Both the position numbers and the translations under genes were made by a program. The notes beneath the pieces are model-generated. The model was not told the DNA's origin. It saw only the letters and a list, made by a program, of their open reading frames with translations, and did not search any database. From Salinispira sp. (GTDB lineage: Bacteria > Spirochaetota > Spirochaetia > DSM-27196 > Salinispiraceae): DNA of 64,000 nt. The stretch spans positions 800,001 to 864,000 of the forward strand of contig OZ271918.1 of NCBI GenBank assembly GCA_965602015.1. The letters are read 5' to 3'. Positions 57,223 through 64,000 of the stretch are shown one piece after another. Position 1 is the stretch's first letter; every line of letters starts with the position of its first letter.

Positions 57223-59693
57223 ATCCTGGCCCCGTAGGTATCAAGGGGGAAGGATATGCGGCAGGACATCCCATCGCCCCCTTCAAACGTAATTTCACCC
57301 TGAAGCTGCTGTTCGGCTATTGCCTTGATTGATTGCAGCCCGAGAGTTTCCATGTTGGCAAAGTCCAGGGATCCGGTGAATCCCACGCCGTTGTCCGAAT
57401 ACAATAATTCGGCGTGGTCTTCAGTTAGCGTACGGAGGGTCACGCTAATCCGGGCGTCTTTCATTTCGGGGAAGCCGTGCTGAATCGAATTAGTCATTAG
57501 CTCATTGAGGATGATGCCGCAGGGTATGGCGGTGTCGATGAGAACCTGCAGGGCCTGGACATCCAGGCTAAGCTCGATGGGATTTTGATCGGCGAGCTCC
57601 GGACTTGTCTGAATGATAAGCTCGGCGAGCTCCGTAATGTATTCCCTGAAATTGATATGGGACAGGTCTTGAGATTGATACAGTTTTTTATGTACGAGTG
57701 CCATGGAAAGAATGCGTTTTTCAGTGCTTGAAACCAGCCGGGTTATTTCCGGAGATTCGCCGAGGGTCGAAGCCTGAAGAACCAGCATCGAACGGATGAC
57801 CTGGAGGGTATTTTTCGTCCGATGGTACAGTTCCTTGAGCAGCACCTCTTTTTCCGCCAGGGAAGTGCGGAGCTGCTCCTTTGCTATTTGCTCTTTGGTA
57901 ATATCCTGGTTGATGCCGATCATTTTTTCCGGCTCATTATTTTTGCCGAATATCACGACGGCCAAGGATTTGATCCATTTTACCGTGCCGTCTTGCTGAA
58001 CAACCCGGAATCTCGTGTCGAAAGGGGCCTCTCCTCGCAGCGCTTTCTGGATGAGTTCGCTGCTGTCATTCCGATCCTCTTCGTGGACTCCCGACAGCCA
58101 GGTGTCGTAAACCGGCTCGTTGTGATGCTTTTTGTCGATGCCGTATAATTCGTACATGCGGTCGTTCCATACCAGGCGATTGCTCGGAATTGCCCATTCC
58201 CAAATGCCCAAACCGGCAGCCCGAACGGCCAGGTTCATTCGGCTGTGCTGTATGCGTAGATCCTCGGAAATTTGCTTTAGATCGGTGACGTCCTGAAAAA
58301 TGACTACCGCATGGGCGATTTCTCCGCTGTCGTTGTACACTGGCGCGGCGTTGGCAATAACGTGTAATTGCTGGCCTCCCGGTTGAGTAATTATCATTTC
58401 CTCCTGGCATAGCTCTCCCTTGAACAATGCCCGGGTCAGGGGTAGTTCATCGGGTGAAAAATCTGTGCCGTCGGGATGTCGAATTGACCAGTGCGATGTG
58501 TAGTCGGTGACTCCTAAGTCATCATCCAGTTCCTCGGCGGATTCCCCCTGTATACGAATACCCGCCCTGTTTACATAACGGATTTTACCATCCGGGGCAT
58601 CGGCGATGCTGATTCCAAGAGGGCTTTGATCAAAGGCCGCCTGAAAGAAGGCTCTGCTCAGCCTCAGCTCCTTTTCAGCCAGGCTGCGCTTTTCAAGTTC
58701 CTTGCGTAAATTTTCCGACTTTGTGTTCAACAGGGAACTATGGGTGTCCAGCCGCTTGATCAGAATACCGACGAATGCCAGGAGGACGAGCATCAATGCC
58801 GCCCACAAGAGGCTGTAACCGGAAATATTTCTCAGAATGGTACCGCTGTCAAAACTTAAAAAAAATCGGAGGGGCAATGGAGATAACAGATCGGAGTTCA
58901 ACAGAATTACGCCGCCCCGCATGGCCGGGAACGGAGAAGGCAGTGTTATCTCTTCCGCAGGAAACCTCTCCAGCTCATCCGACATAAATTCTTCCAGATT
59001 GCGACTGATAAAGCTCTCAGGATGGGGGGCGTGACTGAGTATTGTTCCGTCCCTGAGGGTCAGGGCGAGTTTGTATGCTGCTTCGCCGGAGGAAGTAGGG
59101 CTTAACAGCTCGGTGCTCAGGGTAACCGTCTCGAAATACTCTGGTCTCAGGGATGTCACAACGACGAAGGCCAGATTTCCGTCAGGACCGTAGTATGCCC
59201 GGGATATCGGCATTGCCCACCGGCCGTCGACCCGGCTTTGCACCGGGGGACCGATAAAAAGACCGGTTTCTGTACCGTTTGCGTGGGCGGCGAAGTATTG
59301 TCTGTCCTGTACATTGAGACCGACGGCTTCCCGGTTCGCCCGAGAGTCCATAAGGACCTGCCCGTCAGCTCCGACAATGAGGAACACCCTGATCATGGGA
59401 AGCGAGGCTGCCCGGTCTGCCATAAGCGCGTGGAGGTCGTCATCAGCTGAGGAGGTGAACTCGTAGCGCTCGGCTATGGACTGCATAAGACTGTCTGCGC
59501 TGACAAAAATTGTCTCCACTTGTTGGGAAGCTTTCCGCAGGTTATACCTCAGAAGGTTTTCCCTGGCCAGCATATTTGAACGGTAATCGCCCATGAAAGC
59601 CCTAATACTAAAATAGAGGGCAACCGCAACAAGTCCATAGAATAAAATCCACAGCAATCGGCTGGCATTCCCGGTTTTTATCTCACTGGTCAC
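57219..59693 (-). CDS. sensor histidine kinase (Cache-like periplasmic domain, PAS domains, HisKA_2-type)
   Basis: two TMs; DRQYF...IGPP..SR; PAS motifs; ELYHRTKNTLQ, NELMTNS, DNGVG, LGL. Confidence 0.92.
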   Translation of the reverse strand: MTSEIKTGNASRLLWILFYGLVAVALYFSIRAFMGDYRSNMLARENLLRYNLRKASQQVETIFVSADSLMQSIAERYEFTSSADDDLHALMADRAASLPMIRVFLIVGADGQVLMDSRANREAVGLNVQDRQYFAAHANGTETGLFIGPPVQSRVDGRWAMPISRAYYGPDGNLAFVVVTSLRPEYFETVTLSTELLSPTSSGEAAYKLALTLRDGTILSHAPHPESFISRNLEEFMSDELERFPAEEITLPSPFPAMRGGVILLNSDLLSPLPLRFFLSFDSGTILRNISGYSLLWAALMLVLLAFVGILIKRLDTHSSLLNTKSENLRKELEKRSLAEKELRLSRAFFQAAFDQSPLGISIADAPDGKIRYVNRAGIRIQGESAEELDDDLGVTDYTSHWSIRHPDGTDFSPDELPLTRALFKGELCQEEMIITQPGGQQLHVIANAAPVYNDSGEIAHAVVIFQDVTDLKQISEDLRIQHSRMNLAVRAAGLGIWEWAIPSNRLVWNDRMYELYGIDKKHHNEPVYDTWLSGVHEEDRNDSSELIQKALRGEAPFDTRFRVVQQDGTVKWIKSLAVVIFGKNNEPEKMIGINQDITKEQIAKEQLRTSLAEKEVLLKELYHRTKNTLQVIRSMLVLQASTLGESPEITRLVSSTEKRILSMALVHKKLYQSQDLSHINFREYITELAELIIQTSPELADQNPIELSLDVQALQVLIDTAIPCGIILNELMTNSIQHGFPEMKDARISVTLRTLTEDHAELLYSDNGVGFTGSLDFANMETLGLQSIKAIAEQQLQGEITFEGGDGMSCRISFPLDTYGARI

Positions 59694-59808
59694 TTCATTT
59701 GCCTCACGGAAATACGGCTGGCTCTACACATCACATCTATTCCCATTCCAGTATCGCTTTGCCTGTGAATGAAGTCAAATAAGTGGAGAAATGCAAAAGT
59801 AGACTGTC

Positions 59809-61275
59809 TTACATAATCGGGGCGAAAATACGCAAGACGCTGTTCCGCAATCGCTTCAGCGGACCGATTTTCCGCAGTGATTCGGTGCTTACTTCGACAC
59901 AATGTTCTCGGTCGAGGGCAAACTGCTCGATCAACGCGTGGGAAAAATCCGCGTCGTATATTACCGCGTTTACTTCGAAGTTGATGTGAAAGCTTCTCAT
60001 GTCCATATTGCAGCTTCCCAGGGTGGCGTAGGTTCTGTCCGAGACGACGAATTTGCTGTGCAGAAACCCGCCGCTGTAGCGGTAAATTTTTACTCCGGCG
60101 CTTAATAAGCCCGCGAAGTAACTCTCGGCAGTCCAAAAAGGAATCTTCTTGTCCGGCACCCCGGTCATCATGAGGTGCACCTTCACCCCGCTCTGGGCTG
60201 CGGTGGCGAGCGCCATGAGGATAGTGGTGCTGGGAATAAAATACGGGCTTTGAATCCAGATTTCCGAGTTCGTATTGGTGATCATTTGGAAGAAAAGCTG
60301 CTCGATGTTCGGCCAGCGGGAATCCGGGCCGCTGAACGCCAACTGGACAGGGGTCCGGATATCGCCGGTATCCGCCTGACCGGGGAAATTCTTTTCATCC
60401 ATTTCCAGGGCTTTACCGCTGCTGCCCCAGTCCGCAAGAAAGAGGGCTTGAAGAAGAAGTACCGAATCGCCGGTCAGCCTCACCGCCTTGTCCCGCCAAC
60501 TCTCGAAATGGGTCCCTCCGTCAATATACTCGGCCCCCACGTTCATTCCGCCGAGGTAGCCGATTTTCCCGTCCACCACCACGATTTTCCGGTGATTGCG
60601 GTAATTGACTTTGAGCCGCGCCAGAAAGCGCCCGAGGTCGAGGAAGTAGGCGAATTCGATACCGTGCTGCTTTAATTCTCTCCGGTATTCCCGTGATATC
60701 TTATTGAAGGAGCCAAGCCCGTCGAACAAAAGCTTGATTTCAACCCCGGCACCGGCCCTTTCTATCAGCAGTTCCTTTATCCGCTGTCCGAGACTGTCAG
60801 AGCGCCAGATGTAAAACTCCATATGAATGGATTCCCTGGCAGACTTCAGGTCGCGGAAAAGCCGGTCGAATGCGCTGCGTCCGTCATTCAGAAGCTCGAC
60901 CTCATTATTCACTGTCAGCATTGAGTTGTTCGCGGAAATCAGCATCCGCGCGCATTTGAACATGTCCGACTGTTCTTCCCTGAGCCCCCTGGAATTGAGG
61001 CGGTCGAAGTAGAGTCGTTGGCGGTCGAGGAGTTTTGATAGGTAGCTGGCAAAAATTTTCTCGGGGTGCTGCCGGACAATATTGCCTTTTTTCCAGTTGA
61101 TGCCTATGAGGATATACAGGGCAACACCGGCCCAACGGAACAGGAAAATTACCAGCAGCCAAGCGATGACCGAATTGCTGTTTTTGCTGTCATCGGTAAT
61201 AATTACCAGGGCCGTAAAAATGGTGACGGCATTGCTGAGCACAAGTAAAACCTGAATCATATCCACCGCAGTCAT
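59809..61275 (-). CDS. cls: cardiolipin synthase
   Basis: two N-terminal TMs; two HKD motifs (RNHRKIVVVDG, LHSKFVVSD); SPYFIP. Confidence 0.95.
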   Translation of the reverse strand: MTAVDMIQVLLVLSNAVTIFTALVIITDDSKNSNSVIAWLLVIFLFRWAGVALYILIGINWKKGNIVRQHPEKIFASYLSKLLDRQRLYFDRLNSRGLREEQSDMFKCARMLISANNSMLTVNNEVELLNDGRSAFDRLFRDLKSARESIHMEFYIWRSDSLGQRIKELLIERAGAGVEIKLLFDGLGSFNKISREYRRELKQHGIEFAYFLDLGRFLARLKVNYRNHRKIVVVDGKIGYLGGMNVGAEYIDGGTHFESWRDKAVRLTGDSVLLLQALFLADWGSSGKALEMDEKNFPGQADTGDIRTPVQLAFSGPDSRWPNIEQLFFQMITNTNSEIWIQSPYFIPSTTILMALATAAQSGVKVHLMMTGVPDKKIPFWTAESYFAGLLSAGVKIYRYSGGFLHSKFVVSDRTYATLGSCNMDMRSFHINFEVNAVIYDADFSHALIEQFALDREHCVEVSTESLRKIGPLKRLRNSVLRIFAPIM

Positions 61276-61376
61276 GAGCCCAGTATAGCCCCGGAATGCA
61301 GCTTACTCTATTAAAAAAACGTCAGCTTTGCCTTTCTCTGTGGTTCAGAATCGATGTACCCCTGCCGCCCGGAAAC

Positions 61377-62993
61377 TCAGCCGGCGCTGGAGCTTTTAGC
61401 AATATTCTCATTAATGCGCAGGAGGGATTGGGCTACCTGGTTCAGTTGACCTATTGATTCTTCTATTGCGTCATTGCCCGTTGCGATGGATTCCAGGTTG
61501 CCGCTCAGTTGCACAATCATGGTTCCCGTACCTTTCATGTGTTTGCCGATAAGTTCCTGCGCGCTGCTGATGGTCTGCGCACCGCCATGAACCCGGCTGC
61601 TTAAATCAGTCAGTGCGGAAATGCTCTCCAGAATTTCCCGGCTGCCGGCACCGAGCTGATCGGTGCTTGCGGCAATCTCCTCAAGGGCTGCCTGCGTTTC
61701 TCTTACCTCTCGGGAAACCCGGGAGAATGCCGCCAGGGTGCGCTCTCCGGCCTTGGAACTCTGGGAGATTTTTTGCACCACATCCTTGAGGACGCTGCCG
61801 ATGTTCCGGGCATTGACTGCGGTATTTTCCGCCAGCTTTCTGATTTCATCGGCAACCACCGCAAAACCCCGGCCCGAGTCCCCCGCATGAGCCGCTTCAA
61901 TTGCGGCATTCATGGACAGCAAATTGGTTTGTGATGTTATTTTATTGATGATTCCAACCATCTCAAGAATTGAGTCCACGCTTCCGGATATTTCGTTAAT
62001 AAGGGTTACGGTGCTTTCGAGTTCCTGCCCGCCCCGCTCAGTGGTCTCCATAAGCTCCCGGGCGGACGCGCTTTTTGCCTGGACTATGCCGGCGACGCTT
62101 TGAATTGAGGCGACCATTTGGTTGGTCGAAGCGGCGGACTCTTCCTGGGCGCTGGACTGTTGAAATACCGCTTCGTTGAGGTCGATGATGCGCTCTCCGA
62201 TGCTGACCACCTGTCCCGATGATTCAGTAAAACCTGAGTCGAACTCCCGTATATAGTCCTTGATCGATTGAATTTCCCGGTTTGCCGCCGCTACCTGTGA
62301 CTGAATCTGCTCGATATTCCGAACGAGGTCGGCGGTTATGCCTATGCCGCTTCGCACGTCGGCAATATTTTGCTCGAGCTCGACGGTTTTCTCCTGAGCC
62401 CGTGTCTGCAGCTCGTCGCCCTCGGTAAGAAGGCGATTGGCGATGCGGTGCTTTTCCATTGTCCAGTGAGCTATGAAAAACAGAAGCAGGAGGGAAAAAA
62501 TGAGGTAGCGGAACACCAGGTCCGCAGTTGAGATATCTGGATTCGCCGGAAGTACCCGGGCGAAAAAGGTGTACAAAACCGCCAGCACGGTTGCGATGGC
62601 CAAAATATAGATGAGCCGGGTTTTGCTCGACAGTAGGGCGCTGAGCATGGTTGGTGTGGCCAGGTACAGCGCGGTGACAAATACGCTTGCCGGATGGGTG
62701 TCGCTGTTGAAGTACGCCATGGCTCCCATGAACGCAAATGTAGAAACAGAAATAAGAGCAGCGCTTATTTGAAACCGGCCCCTAAATCCGAATGTAAAAC
62801 TCACAGCAAAACTGAGGAGGGTGACGCCGACAAAAACGAGTTTGAAAACTTCCCCATTGATAATATAGAGCGCTGAAATAATGAGTGCCACGGCGCCCAT
62901 AAGAATGTGAGCCATTAACAATGCCCGGGCCTTGGAGCGCACCTCCCGGCCCCGGGCAGAAAGGTTGCTAATAAATTGTTTTCCGATCGACAT
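61377..62993 (-). CDS. methyl-accepting chemotaxis protein with multi-TM sensor
   Basis: [35 protein letters not shown]; about six N-terminal TMs. Confidence 0.95.
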   Translation of the reverse strand: MSIGKQFISNLSARGREVRSKARALLMAHILMGAVALIISALYIINGEVFKLVFVGVTLLSFAVSFTFGFRGRFQISAALISVSTFAFMGAMAYFNSDTHPASVFVTALYLATPTMLSALLSSKTRLIYILAIATVLAVLYTFFARVLPANPDISTADLVFRYLIFSLLLLFFIAHWTMEKHRIANRLLTEGDELQTRAQEKTVELEQNIADVRSGIGITADLVRNIEQIQSQVAAANREIQSIKDYIREFDSGFTESSGQVVSIGERIIDLNEAVFQQSSAQEESAASTNQMVASIQSVAGIVQAKSASARELMETTERGGQELESTVTLINEISGSVDSILEMVGIINKITSQTNLLSMNAAIEAAHAGDSGRGFAVVADEIRKLAENTAVNARNIGSVLKDVVQKISQSSKAGERTLAAFSRVSREVRETQAALEEIAASTDQLGAGSREILESISALTDLSSRVHGGAQTISSAQELIGKHMKGTGTMIVQLSGNLESIATGNDAIEESIGQLNQVAQSLLRINENIAKSSSAG

Positions 62994-63115
62994 TTAGATT
63001 CCTGACTGTTTTTTACTTGAGAGCGAATATATCAGGATATTCACCCCTTGGGCAAGATAGCGAAAGCATTGCGCCGGAATTATCAATGCCAAACCTTGGC
63101 TGCATGAAGGCAGTA

Positions 63116-64000
63116 TTATTTCATTTTTATCGACAACGGGTAGATACTGCGAATCTTTCCGTCTTTTTTCTTTTCCATGAGCTTCGTCAGAATTCTGATT
63201 ACCGGATCACCGGGTTCGCGCATAGACGCCGCTTTGAGCTCGGCCTCGCCGCGGAGGTAATCGTTTTCGAGAATCGCCGAGACGGCTTTTGAAAGGAATA
63301 CATCCGCCTCATAGCGGCTCTTGCTCTGGTCGGAGCTTTTGCCCCTCAGCTCATAGGCGGCAACGGGTTCATCGATTCCGATAAGTTTTATCTTCCCGAT
63401 CAGCCTGGCGGCAATTGAGTCATCGAGCTGGGCGAAGGTGCTTTCGCTCAAAAGCACTGAAGTGTGCAGAATCTTGTTTGCGCCCTCCAATCGGGAAGCG
63501 GTGTTTACCACCAGACCCATTGCGGTGTAGTCCATCCTCCGGGATGTTCCCAGGTTGCCTACCAGGGCGGTACCGCTGTTTATTCCGACCCGGGTTTCGA
63601 TTCCCCGATCGATGCCGAACTGATCCTGAATCTCCTGGGTGAGCGATCGGAAGGCGTTCTGCATTTCGATGGCGGCCTCAACCGCCTGCTGGGCATGCCG
63701 TTCGCTGTGAATCGGCGCTCCGAAAAAGGCGACGATGGCGTCTCCCTCGAATTTATCAATGGTTCCCCCATGATCCATGATAATATCCGACATCCGCGTA
63801 AAGTAGAGGTTAAGAAGCGCCACCAGATCTGTGGGATTCAGCAGCTGGGCCAACCCCGAAAAGTCCTTAATGTCGGTGAACATCATGGTGATTTCCCGTT
63901 CTTCTCCCCCGAGTTTGAGCCTGTCCGGGTGCTCCACAAGCAAATCTATGAACTCATGGGAGATATACCTCCCGAAAGCCTGGTATAGCCATCGTTTCTC
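63116..64000 (-). CDS. class III adenylate/guanylate cyclase (3' part; gene begins beyond the window)
   Basis: frame open to the edge (AFGRYIS...); MFTDIKDFS, DKFEGDA, GINSG, DYTAMG..VNTASRLEG. Confidence 0.93.
   Translation of the reverse strand, partial: EKRWLYQAFGRYISHEFIDLLVEHPDRLKLGGEEREITMMFTDIKDFSGLAQLLNPTDLVALLNLYFTRMSDIIMDHGGTIDKFEGDAIVAFFGAPIHSERHAQQAVEAAIEMQNAFRSLTQEIQDQFGIDRGIETRVGINSGTALVGNLGTSRRMDYTAMGLVVNTASRLEGANKILHTSVLLSESTFAQLDDSIAARLIGKIKLIGIDEPVAAYELRGKSSDQSKSRYEADVFLSKAVSAILENDYLRGEAELKAASMREPGDPVIRILTKLMEKKKDGKIRSIYPLSIKMK

Overview
Gene-dense 64 kb chromosomal segment from a free-living, moderately GC-rich, probably anaerobic spirochaete, identified by a clear cfpA cytoplasmic-filament gene. 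I found no rRNA, tRNA, CRISPR array or transposase. Main blocks, in order: arginine/ornithine/alanine catabolism (arcA-arcB divergent from ortAB-ald-lrp-iadA); BicA-like SulP and AEC transporters; a cfpA locus; an APC permease-EIIA fusion; ilvD; csoR-copA; sugar catabolism (GH3, TetR, zwf-pgl, acetylesterase, iclR-eda-kdgK); an AT-richer ABC-exporter islet; an HcpR/hcp nitrosative-stress cluster; ars genes; a histidine kinase/response regulator pair, cls, an MCP and a partial class III cyclase. The best candidate for an undescribed system is the operon cfpA - HPr-like protein - PPDK-like protein. The PPDK homologue has lost its ATP-site residues but keeps the phospho-His and PEP domain, so it may act as an Enzyme-I-like phosphorelay tied to the cytoskeletal filament. 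It is flanked by a membrane/LysM anchor candidate and a MinD-like ATPase. All calls rest on motif recognition by eye; no searches were run.
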